DNA of 64,000 bases from an uncultured Alphaproteobacteria bacterium (GTDB taxonomy: Bacteria > Pseudomonadota > Alphaproteobacteria > Sphingomonadales > Sphingomonadaceae). Where the stretch lies: NCBI GenBank assembly GCA_963761775.1, contig CAVXIF010000011.1, positions 405,215-469,214 of the forward strand. Reading direction: 5' to 3'. Positions 49,976-60,764 of the stretch are shown in pieces. Both the position numbers and the translations under genes were made by a program. Within the stretch, counting starts at the first letter, position 1, and every line of letters begins with the position of its first letter. Below the pieces are notes generated by a model. That model saw only the letters and a list, made by a program, of their open reading frames with translations. It had not been told where the DNA came from and did no database searches.

Positions 49976-50263
49976 CTATTCGCCGCGCGCCTGCTGGTGG
50001 TGGCGGATCACTTCGTCGATAATGAAGCGCAGGAACTTCTCGCTGAATTCGGGATCCAGCTGGGCTTCCTCTGCCAGTGCACGCAGGCGGGCGATCTGCT
50101 TCTCCTCGCGCGCCGGATCGGCGGGCGGCAGGTCGCTGGTCGCCTTATAGGCACCGACCGCCTGCGTGATGCGGAACCTCTCGGCCAGCATGTGAACCAG
50201 TGCTGCGTCGATATTGTCGATACTGCGCCGGAAACGGGCAAGCTGGGGATCGCTGTCGGTCAT
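49976..50263 (-). CDS. Chorismate mutase (AroQ class, monofunctional)
   Basis: 95 aa: LARFRRSIDNIDAALVHMLAERF.I...VG..K......P..DP.RE..QI.RL...A.....DPEF.EKFL.FI..E.I.. Confidence 0.8.
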   Translation of the reverse strand: MTDSDPQLARFRRSIDNIDAALVHMLAERFRITQAVGAYKATSDLPPADPAREEKQIARLRALAEEAQLDPEFSEKFLRFIIDEVIRHHQQARGE

Positions 50264-50339
50264 GATCGCACTCCTATCACGGCGACTGCTGCGCCAGCAA
50301 TCGTCCGCTTTGTCCTTGCCATTGCGCAGGCTGCCTCGC

Positions 50340-51365
50340 ATGTTGCAAAGCACCATGACGGCACAAATCGTTCCCCTGCCGACCCGTCGGCCTTCGCTCG
50401 ATGCAATGTTGGCGCTGACCGCGCCGGGCATGAATGCCGTGAACACGGTTATACTCGACCGGATGCAGAGCGAGATTCCGCTGATACCGGCACTGGCAGG
50501 CCACCTCATTTCGGGTGGCGGCAAGCGCCTGCGCCCGATGCTGACGCTCGCCGGGGCGGAGCTGGTCGGGTATCAGGGCGCGCGCCACCATACGCTGGCC
50601 GCTGCGGTCGAGTTCATCCACACCGCGACCCTGCTGCATGACGATGTGGTGGACGGCAGCGAGATGCGGCGCGGCAAGGCGGCGGCCAATATCATCTTCG
50701 GCAATCCCGCTACCGTGCTGGTCGGCGATTTCCTGTTCAGCCGCAGTTTCGAACTGATGACCGAGGACGGCAGCCTGAAAGTGCTGAAAATCCTGTCCAA
50801 CGCCAGCGCGGTAATTGCGGAGGGCGAGGTCGACCAGTTGACTGCGCAGCGCAAGATCGAAACGAGCGAGGAACGCTATCTGTCGATTATCGGCGCGAAG
50901 ACCGCCGCATTGTTCGCCGCCGCCAGCCGCATCGCCGCCGTCGTCGCCGAATGCGGCGAGCGCGAGGAGCGGGCGCTGGACGATTACGGCCGCAATCTGG
51001 GCGTCGCGTTCCAACTGGTGGACGATGCCATCGATTACGATTCCGACGCCGCTGCTATGGGCAAGGATCGCGGCGACGATTTCCGCGAGGGCAAGATGAC
51101 GCTGCCGGTGATCCTCGCCTATGCGCGCGGCACGGAGGAAGAGCGCGCATTCTGGCAATCGGCGATTTCGGGCGTTCGCAACGGCGCGGACGAGCTGGAG
51201 CGGGCCATCGCGCTGATCGCCAAATACGATGCGCTGGCAGCCACGCGGGAACGCGCGCGCCACTTTGCCGACCGTGCGAAGGATGCAATCAGCATCTTTC
51301 CCGACAGCAAGGCGCGCGCCGCGATGGCGGAAGCCGCCGATTTCGCGGTGGCGCGCGGGTATTGA
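50340..51365 (+). CDS. ispB: Polyprenyl diphosphate synthase (octaprenyl-type, IspB-like)
   Basis: GGKRLRP, FARM LLHDDVVD, RRG, and SARM FQLVDDAIDY. The start is ATG 50340 or 50355. Confidence 0.85.
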   Translation: MLQSTMTAQIVPLPTRRPSLDAMLALTAPGMNAVNTVILDRMQSEIPLIPALAGHLISGGGKRLRPMLTLAGAELVGYQGARHHTLAAAVEFIHTATLLHDDVVDGSEMRRGKAAANIIFGNPATVLVGDFLFSRSFELMTEDGSLKVLKILSNASAVIAEGEVDQLTAQRKIETSEERYLSIIGAKTAALFAAASRIAAVVAECGEREERALDDYGRNLGVAFQLVDDAIDYDSDAAAMGKDRGDDFREGKMTLPVILAYARGTEEERAFWQSAISGVRNGADELERAIALIAKYDALAATRERARHFADRAKDAISIFPDSKARAAMAEAADFAVARGY

Positions 51366-51398
51366 GCCTTAGCGCAGTCCGCGCTTAACTCTCTCTCG

Positions 51399-53861
51399 AT
51401 GGCCGAAACGCTCCCAATTCATGCCGTCCTGCCGGAACTGCTGACGGCGTTGGACGCCTTCGGAGCCGCCGTTCTCGTCGCTCCGCCGGGCGCTGGCAAG
51501 ACGACAGCGGTTGCGCCAGCCTTGCTCGACCAGAGCTGGTGCGACGGGGAAGTCATCCTGCTCAGCCCGCGCCGGGTCGCTGCCCGCGCGGCGGCGGAGC
51601 GCATGGCGGAAATGCTGGACGAGCCGGTCGGGCGAACGGTCGGCTACCTCACGCGCATGGACAGCCGCACCGGCCCCGACACACGCATCCTGGTAATGAC
51701 CGAAGCGATTTTCGTGAACCGCCTGCTCGACGATGCGGAGTTGCCCGGCGTTTCGGCGGTGTTGTTCGACGAGGCGCATGAGCGGCATCTCGACAGCGAT
51801 CTGGGCCTCGCGCTGGCGCTGGAAACCCGCGCGGCGTTGCGGCCCGACCTGCGCATCTGCGTGATGTCCGCCACCATAGACGGCGCACGGTTCGCGTCAT
51901 TGTTGGGCGCAGAAGCGCCCGTAATCGAGAGCGAGGGTCGCGCTTACCCGCTCGATATCCGCTGGCTGGACGCGCACGCCGATGCGCGAACCGAGGACGC
52001 GATGGCCGCTGCGGTGGCGTTGGCGTGGCGAGAAACCGACGGCGATATTCTGGCGTTCCTGCCCGGCGTGCGCGAGATCGAACGCACATGCGAGCGGCTG
52101 GAGGCGCGCTTTCCGGATACCCCGATCCTGCCGCTGCACGGGCAAGTCCTTCCGGCGGAACAGCGCATGGCGATACGCCGCGATGCGCAAGGACGACGGC
52201 GCATCGTGCTGGCGACGGCCATTGCCGAGACTTCGTTGACGCTGGACGGGGTGCGGGTCGTCGTCGATAGCGGGTTGAGCCGCCAAGCCACGTTCGACCA
52301 TGCCGCAGGTACGACGCGCTTGGAAACGCGCCGCGCCAGCCAGGCAGCGGCGGGCCAGCGGGCGGGGCGTGCGGCGCGACAGGGGCCGGGGGTCGCCTAT
52401 CGCCTGTGGGCCGAAGCCGCGCATCCGGGCCGCCCGCCATACGCACCGCCGGAAATCGAGACGGCCGATCTTGCGCCGCTGGTCCTGTCGCTGGCGCGAT
52501 GGGGGGCGGGCGATCCGCAGTCGCTCCCGTGGCTCGATGCGCCCCCCGAAGCGTCGATTGCGTCGGCGCGCGGAAGGCTGGAAAAGCTGGGCGCATTGGA
52601 TGATGGCGGGTGCATTACCGATTGGGGGCGGAAGGTCGCGGCGTTGCCGATGGACCCGGTTTCGGCTGCGGCGGTACTGTTCGGTGGGCGCGCCGGGTGT
52701 TCGGGAGACGTGGCCAAGCTCGTACTGCTTGCGCAGGAACGCGGGCTTGGGGGTCGGGGTGAGGATTTGCTCGCGCGGCTGGCGCGTTGGGATAGCGATC
52801 GGGGCAAGCGCGCCGCGGCGAGCCGCAAGCTGGCAGCGCGCTGGGCGAGGGCGGCTGAGAAATTGCTCGCCCCTGAAACCGAGGCAGTGCCCTCGGCCCG
52901 AACGGATGGGGGTGGCAGTGCAATCTGCCTCGCCCTCGCGAATCCGGACAATATCGCAAACCGCCGTTCGGCTTCGGGCGAGCACTGGGTCAGCGCCGGC
53001 GGACGCGGCTATATACTCGATCCGGCGAGCCCGCTGAACCGCGCGGAGTGGCTGATTGTGGTCGATGCGCAGGGTCAGGCGAAAGGCGCGCGGATCACGG
53101 CGGCGGCGGAACTGGCGGCGGATGATGTCGAACATGCGCTTGATGATCTGATCGAAAGCCGTTCTGTGCTTAACTGGAATAACGAGGCGAGGCGGGTCGA
53201 GGCGCGCCTCGAACGGCGGCTTGGCACGATCATGCTGGCCAGCGGTCCCGATCCGGTACCTGACGACGCGGCGGTTGTGGATATGCTTGTCGAAAAAGGC
53301 GGCAAAGCTGTGGAGATGCTGGTGCCCGCAGCTTTGCTGGCGCGCGGGCAGTATGCCGGAATCGAGGCGTTATCGCCCCATGCATTACGCGACACGGCAG
53401 ACCAGTGGCTTCGTCCGCTAGTGGAAGGGCGCACGAATTTGGCTCTTCTCGAAAGCAGAGTTGCCGAGGCTGTGCTGGCGACACTGCCCTGGTCCGACCA
53501 AGAGCTACTGCGTGATGCCGCCCCTGCCAGTTTCACAACGCCGGCAGGCACGACGCATGCGATAGATTATGCCGGGGACGATGCGCCCAGTGTAACGGTC
53601 CGCGTGCAGGCGATGTTCGGGCTGGACCGCCATCCACAGATCGGCGCGCAGGGTGAGCGGGTGCCGCTGCTGCTGAAACTTACCAGTCCCGCGAACCGTC
53701 CGGTGCAGGCGACGCGCGACTTGCCCGGCTTCTGGCGCGGCAGCTGGGCCGATGTGCGCAAGGATATGAAGGGGCGCTATCCCAAACATCGCTGGCCAGA
53801 CGAACCGTGGCTGGAAACGCCCAGCCTGAAGACCCGCAAGGCGTTCGAACGCAAGCGGTAG
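51399..53861 (+). CDS. hrpB: ATP-dependent RNA helicase HrpB (DEAH box)
   Basis: APPGAGKTT, FDEAHER, SAT, TAIAETSLT.DGV and QRAGRAAR, plus the HrpB C-terminal domain (...YPKHRWPD). Confidence 0.9.
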   Translation: MAETLPIHAVLPELLTALDAFGAAVLVAPPGAGKTTAVAPALLDQSWCDGEVILLSPRRVAARAAAERMAEMLDEPVGRTVGYLTRMDSRTGPDTRILVMTEAIFVNRLLDDAELPGVSAVLFDEAHERHLDSDLGLALALETRAALRPDLRICVMSATIDGARFASLLGAEAPVIESEGRAYPLDIRWLDAHADARTEDAMAAAVALAWRETDGDILAFLPGVREIERTCERLEARFPDTPILPLHGQVLPAEQRMAIRRDAQGRRRIVLATAIAETSLTLDGVRVVVDSGLSRQATFDHAAGTTRLETRRASQAAAGQRAGRAARQGPGVAYRLWAEAAHPGRPPYAPPEIETADLAPLVLSLARWGAGDPQSLPWLDAPPEASIASARGRLEKLGALDDGGCITDWGRKVAALPMDPVSAAAVLFGGRAGCSGDVAKLVLLAQERGLGGRGEDLLARLARWDSDRGKRAAASRKLAARWARAAEKLLAPETEAVPSARTDGGGSAICLALANPDNIANRRSASGEHWVSAGGRGYILDPASPLNRAEWLIVVDAQGQAKGARITAAAELAADDVEHALDDLIESRSVLNWNNEARRVEARLERRLGTIMLASGPDPVPDDAAVVDMLVEKGGKAVEMLVPAALLARGQYAGIEALSPHALRDTADQWLRPLVEGRTNLALLESRVAEAVLATLPWSDQELLRDAAPASFTTPAGTTHAIDYAGDDAPSVTVRVQAMFGLDRHPQIGAQGERVPLLLKLTSPANRPVQATRDLPGFWRGSWADVRKDMKGRYPKHRWPDEPWLETPSLKTRKAFERKR

Positions 53862-53900
53862 GACTTGCGCTGGCGAGCGGGACGCGGCACTGCACTTTTC

Positions 53901-54179
53901 ATGTCAGCCCGTATTTATCAACGCCCGAAACATGCCATGCAGTCGGGCCGCGCGCGCACCGACGAATGGGTGCTGGAATTCGAACAGTCCGAAGCGCGCC
54001 AGGCCGATCCGCTGATGGGCTGGACCGGCAGCGGCGATACGCAAGCGCAGGTGCAGCTGACCTTTCCGGACAAGGATGCGGCCAAAGCCTATGCCGCGAA
54101 ACATGGCATCCCCGCGCGGGTCCATGCCACGCCGCACAAATCACTCAAATTGCAGGCTTACGCCGACAATTTCCGTTAG
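53901..54179 (+). CDS. ETC complex I subunit conserved-region protein (NDUFS4-like)
   Basis: MSARIYQRPK.AMQSGRA....WVLEFE.......DPLMGWTGSGDT..QV.L.F...D.A.AYA.KHGI matches the small alphaproteobacterial NDUFS4 homologues. Confidence 0.72.
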   Translation: MSARIYQRPKHAMQSGRARTDEWVLEFEQSEARQADPLMGWTGSGDTQAQVQLTFPDKDAAKAYAAKHGIPARVHATPHKSLKLQAYADNFR

Positions 54180-54679
54180 CTAGTAACGAGGTCTATCCGC
54201 CCTGCGCGATAGGCATCGCGGCAATCGCTGGCATCGTGCAGGACATCGGCTTCCAGCAACGGCGTCTGCGTCATGCCTTCGCCGGTAAAGCGGCGGTCGT
54301 CGCATTCGCCATCGCGCGCGAAATCTCCGTCGTCATCGCCGAAATCGATATAGCTGGTGTCGCGCACTGCCGCGTCCGCCGCCGCGCCTGACACAGTACT
54401 GGTCTCAGCGTCGCTGCGAACCCTTATCAGACCCCGCTCGAACGCATTGCGACAATCGGTTGCATCGCGCCCGGTATCCTGTGGCAACAGGGTGGTGCTG
54501 GTCATGCCGTCGCCTGCAAAGCGGGGATCGTCGCATTCGCCGTCCCTGGCCCAGGTACTGCTGTCATCCCCGAAATCGACGGTTTGTGCATGGGCAATCT
54601 GCGGGGCAGCGACAGCCATCGCGCAGGCTATTGACAAGGCAGAGACATGTTTAGGGTTGCGCATTCGGTGCAATTCCAA
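54176..54679 (-). CDS. Exported protein with an internally duplicated acidic Cys-containing motif
   Basis: Signal peptide (ALSIACAMAVAAPQIAHA), then two copies of DFGDD.S/G.(W/F)ARDGECDD(P/R)RF.G.GMT.T.LL..D...DA.DCR.A...G.I. Confidence 0.5.
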   Translation of the reverse strand: MELHRMRNPKHVSALSIACAMAVAAPQIAHAQTVDFGDDSSTWARDGECDDPRFAGDGMTSTTLLPQDTGRDATDCRNAFERGLIRVRSDAETSTVSGAAADAAVRDTSYIDFGDDDGDFARDGECDDRRFTGEGMTQTPLLEADVLHDASDCRDAYRAGRIDLVTS

Positions 54680-54786
54680 TGGCTTGCGTAACTAACGCGA
54701 ACAGTATTGGCAATAAAGCCGCGCGATGTCCAATCGCCGCGCGACTAGCTTGCATTTCACGCGCTTCGCGCACATATCGCGCACCG

Positions 54787-54872
54787 GGAGTCGGGTGGAC
54801 GTTTGCGTTCGCTCACCGGGTCAGGTCCGGAAGGAAGCAGCCCAGGTGAATTGCGGCGGGTCGCCCGGCTCC
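54787..54872 (+). ncRNA. ffs: Signal recognition particle RNA (4.5S, small bacterial type)
   Basis: Contains the conserved domain IV core GGTCAGGTCCGGAAGGAAGCAGCC. The 5' GGAGTCGGGTG pairs with the 3' CGCCCGGCTCC. It lies directly upstream of dnaX, a common synteny. The ends are approximate. Confidence 0.8.
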
Positions 54873-54970
54873 TAACTCTAACTTCGTATCGCGCGCAGTT
54901 TGCGCCAAGGTTTGCCCGCGACATTTAGGCCCATGACATTTCGGGAGCTGCGGCCTACCCTCGCGGCACG

Positions 54971-56728
54971 ATGACAGAATCCCCCGACCAACCCCTTTCC
55001 GATGCTGTGGAAGCAGGACCATCTGCTGCGGAGCTGGAGGCTGCGGGGCAAGAAGCCATGTTCGGCGCGCTTGAAGCGAATGTTGCAAAACCGGCCGCCA
55101 CCGCGCAGCCCTATCGCGTCCTCGCCCGCAAATACCGGCCTCAGACGTTCAGCGCGCTGATCGGGCAGGAGCCGATGGTCCGCACGCTTGCCAACGCCAT
55201 TGCGCGCGACCGGCTGGCCCATGCTTTCCTGATGACCGGCGTGCGCGGAGTCGGCAAGACTTCTACCGCGCGGCTGATTGCCAAGGCGCTGAATTGCATC
55301 GGGCCGGACGGGCAGGGCGGGCCGACCGTCGATCCGTGCGGGAAATGCGAGCATTGCGTCGCCATCGCCGAGGGGCGCGATATCGACGTGATCGAAATGG
55401 ACGCCGCCAGCCATACCGGCGTGGATGACATGCGCGCGATTATCGAGGCGGTCCGCTACGCGGCAGTCAGCGCGCGCTACAAGATCTACATTATCGACGA
55501 AGTCCACATGCTGTCGAAAAACGCCTTCAACGCGCTGCTGAAGACGCTGGAAGAACCGCCTGCGCATGTGAAGTTCCTGTTCGCCACCACCGAGGTCGAG
55601 AAGCTGCCGGTTACGGTGCTTAGCCGCACACAGCGATTCGACTTGCGGCGCATCACGGCGGATATGCTGGCGAAACATTTCGGCTGGGTTTGCGAACAGG
55701 AACAGGTCGAGGCCGAGCCGCAGGCACTGGCGATGATTGCGGCGGCGGCGGAAGGGTCGGTGCGCGACGGCCTGTCGATCCTGGACCAGGCGATCAGCCA
55801 CGCCGATCTGGAAGGTGCGGATAGGGGCAAAATTACTGCCGACCGGGTGCGCGATATGCTGGGGCTGGCGGACAAGACGGCGCAGCGCCGCCTGCTCGGT
55901 GCGATACTCGAAGGCGATGGCGAGACGCTGCTGAGCGGGATTGCAGACCAGTACGCCCTGGGCGTGGAGCCGTTGGCACTTATGCGCGGGATGATGGACC
56001 TGGTGCATCGCATCACTGTGGCACAAATCGGCGATGCCGCGCCCGATGCGGTTTCGGAGGAGGAAAGCGCCGCGCTGGCCGACTGGGTCGCCCGCCTTTC
56101 CGCCGGACAGCTGCACCGGCTGTGGCAGTTGCTGCTGAAAGGGCATGACGAGGTGCGGACAGCGCCCGATCCGTTGGCGAGCGCGCAGATGGCGCTGCTG
56201 CGCGTGCTGCACGCCGCCGATATGCCCGACCCCGGCAAGATGGCACGGATGCTGGATGGGCTCGCCAAGGCACCGCCTGTCGCGGCCCGCGAAAATGCAC
56301 CAGCCGATGCGCCCGCGCCCGTAGCGAAGCTCGACTGGGCCGCGCTGGCGCAGCAGGTCGAGGATGCGGGCCATTTGATCGTCGCCTCGGTCATGCGGCA
56401 CCAGATCCGTGTCGAGACACTGGAGCCCGGTACGCTGCATTACCGGCGCGATGCAACCTTCACCGATGCTATCGACGCTGACCTGCGCGCCGCCTTGCAG
56501 AAAGTCACCGGCGATCCGTGGCAGGTGAAACAGCTACCGCCTGCGGATGCCTCCGCCCCACCAGTTGCCACGCTTGACGAACAGGCCGAAGCCTCTGAAA
56601 ACGCAGCACGCGAGGCGCGGCTTGCGCACCCGCTGGTGCAGGCAACGCTGGCGACCTTTCCCGACGCGGAGCTGCTCGACGATGCAGCGCCGGAACCAGC
56701 CGTACATCCCTCCAGCAAGTTTGCCTGA
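54971..56728 (+). CDS. dnaX: DNA polymerase III subunits gamma/tau
   Basis: LARKYRPQTF, GVRGVGKTSTARL, Zn module C..C..C..C, YIIDEVHMLS and TTE..K.P.T..SR. Confidence 0.92.
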   Translation: MTESPDQPLSDAVEAGPSAAELEAAGQEAMFGALEANVAKPAATAQPYRVLARKYRPQTFSALIGQEPMVRTLANAIARDRLAHAFLMTGVRGVGKTSTARLIAKALNCIGPDGQGGPTVDPCGKCEHCVAIAEGRDIDVIEMDAASHTGVDDMRAIIEAVRYAAVSARYKIYIIDEVHMLSKNAFNALLKTLEEPPAHVKFLFATTEVEKLPVTVLSRTQRFDLRRITADMLAKHFGWVCEQEQVEAEPQALAMIAAAAEGSVRDGLSILDQAISHADLEGADRGKITADRVRDMLGLADKTAQRRLLGAILEGDGETLLSGIADQYALGVEPLALMRGMMDLVHRITVAQIGDAAPDAVSEEESAALADWVARLSAGQLHRLWQLLLKGHDEVRTAPDPLASAQMALLRVLHAADMPDPGKMARMLDGLAKAPPVAARENAPADAPAPVAKLDWAALAQQVEDAGHLIVASVMRHQIRVETLEPGTLHYRRDATFTDAIDADLRAALQKVTGDPWQVKQLPPADASAPPVATLDEQAEASENAAREARLAHPLVQATLATFPDAELLDDAAPEPAVHPSSKFA

Positions 56729-56746
56729 CAGCAAGGACCCCAACCG

Positions 56747-57088
56747 ATGCAATCCATGGAAGAAATGATCCAGGCCGCCCAGAAGGCCGCCGAAACGATC
56801 CAGACGCAGATGAACGACATGCAGGCCAAACTCGACGGGATCGAAGTCGAGGGGCAGGCGGGCGGCGGTCTTGTAAAAGTGCGCGCCAGCGCCAAGGGCC
56901 GCATTCTGGGCGTCACCATCGATGACAGCCTGATGGTGCCTTCCGAAAAACAGATGACCGAAGACCTCGTGACCGCCGCCTTCAACGACGCGCGTGACAA
57001 GGCGGACCGCGTTTCCGAAGAGGAAATGAAGAAAGTGCAGGGCGGCATGGCGCTGCCACCGGGATTCAACCTGCCGGGCATGGGCTAA
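56747..57088 (+). CDS. ybaB: YbaB/EbfC family nucleoid-associated protein
   Basis: Matches the family pattern. GGGLVKV....G....V.ID.SL.......EDL...A.N.A is present, and it follows dnaX. Confidence 0.9.
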   Translation: MQSMEEMIQAAQKAAETIQTQMNDMQAKLDGIEVEGQAGGGLVKVRASAKGRILGVTIDDSLMVPSEKQMTEDLVTAAFNDARDKADRVSEEEMKKVQGGMALPPGFNLPGMG

Positions 57089-57118
57089 GCGCGCAGAATA
57101 CAACGAGGAGCAAATACG

Positions 57119-57913
57119 ATGGCAACCGTAATGAACGACAACGCTAGCGGCAGTGACGCCGACATTCGTTCGCAGGTAAGCGACGAGGAATGGGCGGTGC
57201 GCGTCGATCTGGCGGCTGCGTATCGGCTGGTGGCGTATTACGGCTGGGACGACTTGATTTTCACGCATCTCAGCGCGCGCGTGCCGGGGCCGGAGCATCA
57301 CTTCCTCATCAATCCCTACGACATGATGTTCGAGGAAATTACCGCCTCCAACCTCGTCAAGATCGACGTCGAGGGCAAGCCTGTCCTGCCCACCGCACAT
57401 CCGGTCAATCCCGCCGGGTTCGTCATCCATTCCGCGCTGCACATGAATTGCGAGGCCGCCGCGGCCGTGATGCATGTGCATACGCCGGCGGGGCAGGCGG
57501 TCAGCGCGATGGAATTCGGGCTGCTGGAGCATACGCAAACCGGCATGATCGCGCGTAGCGATATCGCTTATCACGACTATGAAGGCATCGCGACCGAGCT
57601 GGAGGAACGCGAGCGGCTGGTCGAGGATATCGGCGACAAGCACGCGATGATCCTGCGCAATCACGGCACGCTGACCATCGGCAACACTGTGGGCGAATGC
57701 TTCCTGCGCCTGTATTTCCTCGAACGCGCATGCTCGGCACAAATCGCCATGCTGAGTGCGGGGCGCGAGAACCTGAACAACCCGCCGCAGGGCACGCCGG
57801 AAAAGGTCGCGGCGCAGACACCGCCCGCCGGTATCGGCATGGTCGCCAACGGCCTCGCTTGGCCCGCATTGCTGCGCAAGGCGGACCGGCTGGATGCAGG
57901 GTTCAGGGAGTAG
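57119..57913 (+). CDS. Class II aldolase/adducin domain protein
   Basis: AAAYRL.A.YGW.D.I..H.S.R.P, HSA.H, V.H.H...G and LRNHG..T.G....E. Confidence 0.78.
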   Translation: MATVMNDNASGSDADIRSQVSDEEWAVRVDLAAAYRLVAYYGWDDLIFTHLSARVPGPEHHFLINPYDMMFEEITASNLVKIDVEGKPVLPTAHPVNPAGFVIHSALHMNCEAAAAVMHVHTPAGQAVSAMEFGLLEHTQTGMIARSDIAYHDYEGIATELEERERLVEDIGDKHAMILRNHGTLTIGNTVGECFLRLYFLERACSAQIAMLSAGRENLNNPPQGTPEKVAAQTPPAGIGMVANGLAWPALLRKADRLDAGFRE

Positions 57914-58160
57914 CGCAGCTGACGGAGGCCAGTTTTCCTACATCGGTGCTGCCTGCTAGTACGGTGTGATGACCATCCGGCACCCTTTTCCGCTCCCCTC
58001 ACCAGCAGTTTTGGACGCCTTGAAAGTTTTGCCCTTGGACTGTGTAACACCTGTTCCATGTCTCCGGTTTCTGCGCCTCACAGGCGCCTGCGCGGCGCGT
58101 CCACAGCTGAGGCCCGCCGCCCCGTTGCAGCGTAGCCGGTGGCTTCCCATATCTGCTCGC

Positions 58161-60573
58161 ATGACATCCTATCCCCTGCTTCCCCTGCGCGACATCGTCG
58201 TGTTCCCCGACATGACCGTCCCGCTGTTCGTAGGCCGTGCCAAATCCGTTGCCGCACTCGAAGCGGCGATGGCGGCGGACAAGGACATCCTGTTGCTGAG
58301 CCAGCTAGATCCCGGCTGCGACGATCCGGGGCGTGACGACCTGTACGATGTGGGCGTGGTGGCGCAGGTGGTGCAGCTCTTGAAACTGCCCGATGGCACC
58401 GTTCGCGTGCTGGTCGAAGGGCAGGGCCGCGCCCGCGTCGAATCGCTGAAAACCGTGGGCGAAGGCGACGAAACGATGGTACTCGCCGAGGTCGAAGCCA
58501 TCGACGAGCATACTGCATCGGGCAGCGAAGTGACCGCAATGATGCGCTCTGTCTCCGAGCAATTCGCCGACTATGCGAAGCTGAACAAGAAGCTGTCCGA
58601 CGATGCGGGCGAGGACTTGGGCGAGATCGACGATGCCGGTGCGCTGGCCGACGCGGTCGCCGCGTCCATCAACACCAAGGTCGCCGACAAACAGGCACTG
58701 CTGACCGAACCCAACCCGCTGAAACGGTTGGAAATGGTCATGGCGTTCATGGAGGGCGAGCTGAGCGTTCTCCAGGTCGAAAAGAAGATCCGTGGCCGTG
58801 TGAAGCGGCAAATGGAGAAAACGCAGCGAGAATATTACCTCAACGAACAGATGAAGGCGATCCAGTCCGAGCTTGGCGGCGAGGGCGAAGACGCCGACGA
58901 AATGGGCGAGCTGCAAAAGGCGATCGATAGCAAGAAGCTGTCGAAGGAGGCACGCGCGAAGGCGAAGAGCGAGCTGAAGAAGCTGCGCGGCATGCAGCCG
59001 ATGAGCGCCGAGGCGACCGTCGTGCGCAACTATCTTGACGTGCTGCTGGGCCTGCCCTGGGGCAAAAAATCCAAGCTGAAGAAGGATCTGGCGAAGGCGC
59101 AGGAGGTGCTGGACGCCGATCACTTCGCGCTGGAAAAGGTCAAGGACCGCATCGTCGAATACCTCGCCGTGCAAGCGCGCACCAACAAGCTGAAGGGGCC
59201 GATCCTGTGCCTCGTGGGGCCGCCGGGCGTCGGCAAGACTTCGCTGGGCAAAAGCATTGCGCGCGCGACGGGACGCAAGTTCGTGCGCCAGAAGTCTTGG
59301 CGGAGTGCGCGATGAAGCCGAGATACGCGGGCATCGCCGTACCTATATCGGCAGCCTGCCTGGCAAAATCGTGCAGAACCTGCGCAAGGCGGGCAAGAGC
59401 AACCCTCTGTTCCTGCTCGACGAGATCGACAAGCTTGGTCAGGACTTCCGCGGCGATCCGGCGTCCGCGCTGCTGGAGGTGCTGGACCCCGAACAGAACG
59501 GCAAGTTCCAGGATCACTACCTGGAACTGGATATCGACCTGTCGGACGTGATGTTCGTCACCACCGCCAACAGCCTCAACTTGCCGCAGCCGCTGCTCGA
59601 CCGGATGGAGATCATCCGGCTGGAAGGCTATACCGAGGATGAAAAGGTCGAGATCGCCAAGCGGCACCTGATTGCAAAACAGGTTGAAGCGCATGGCTTG
59701 ACCGAAGGCGAGTTCACGTTGGAAGAGGACGCGCTGCGCGACCTCATTCGCTATTACACTCGCGAAGCCGGCGTACGCACGCTGGAGCGCGAGATTGCCA
59801 AGCTGTGTCGTAAATCGCTCCGTCGTATTCTGGAAGGCGGCGAGAGTAGCCTTACGATTACATCGGAAACGCTGGCGGATTTTTCCGGTGTGCGGAAATT
59901 CAAGCACGGTATGGGCGAGGAAGACGCGCAGATCGGTGCGGTTACGGGTCTTGCCTGGACCGAAGTGGGCGGCGAATTGTTGACCATCGAAAGTGTGACC
60001 ACGCCGGGCAAGGGCGATGTGAAGACCACCGGCAAGCTGGGCGAAGTGATGACCGAAAGCGTCGCCGCCGCCTTCAGTTTCGTCAAGGCGCGCGCGCCTG
60101 CTTACGGGATCAAGCCGAGCCTGTTCCAGCGCAAGAATGTGCATATCCATTTGCCCGAAGGCGCGGTGCCCAAGGACGGCCCGAGTGCGGGTGTCGGAAT
60201 GGTCACGTCCATCATTTCCACGCTTGCAGGCATCCCCGTGCGTCCCGACATTGCCATGACGGGCGAAGTCACCTTGCGCGGACGGGTGCTTGCGATCGGC
60301 GGACTGAAGGAAAAACTGCTTGCGGCTTTGCGGGGTGGAATAACCACCGTGCTGATCCCGGAAGAGAACGTGAAGGATCTGGCGGAGATTGCCGACACCA
60401 TTACCGACCGGCTGGAAATCGTGCCCGTGGCCCACGTCGATGAAGTACTTGAACGCGCGCTCGTCGCACCACTCGAAGGTATCGAATGGACCGAGGCGGA
60501 CGATCTCGCCAGCCAGCCCGGCGCCGCGCAGTCTCAGGGAGGGACGGCTGGAGTAGGGGGGATCGCCCACTAA
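58161..60573 (+). pseudogene. lon: ATP-dependent Lon protease, one frame break (~59291)
   Basis: YPLLPLRDIVVFPDM.VPLFVGR and GPPGVGKTSLGKSIA (ORF 57966-59315), then LGGVRDEAEIRGHRRTYIG...DKLG...PKDGPSAG...TGE.TLRG.VL.IGG.KEK (ORF 59257-60573). An extra A sits in cgccagAagtctt. Confidence 0.92.
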
Positions 60574-60641
60574 ACAGTTGCGTCAAAGTGTAACGGCGGC
60601 TCTCAATACGACGGTTCGCGGTGTTTCGACGACGAATGCCT

Positions 60642-60670
60642 TTGACAGCGGGCACGAAAAAGCTTTCAAT
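60642..60670 (+). promoter_or_regulatory. Candidate sigma70-type promoter for hupB
   Basis: TTGACA (60642-60647), a 17-nt spacer, then TTCAAT (60665-60670), about 95 nt upstream of the hupB ATG. Pattern match only. Confidence 0.35.
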
Positions 60671-60764
60671 CGTCCCTTGCGAGGGGCGATTTACGTCTTT
60701 CACCAACAGCTTTCGCCCGGAAGGCCATCGTTTCAGGCGATTACGTTAGGGGGACTATCTCGAT

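Noticed and set aside
54971-56728. A programmed -1 frameshift site in dnaX (gamma subunit production, as in E. coli).
   Set aside because: I could not find an A-AAA-AAG-type slippery sequence in the appropriate region. Alphaproteobacteria are reported to generate the short form by other means.
57990-58160. Heat-shock (sigma32/RpoH-type) promoter upstream of lon (CTTGAAA at ~58020; gTTGcag..N..CCCATATCT at ~58125-58152).
   Set aside because: Only partial matches were found. The second candidate places the -10 element about 10 nt from the ATG with no SD. The evidence is too weak to call without 5' end data.
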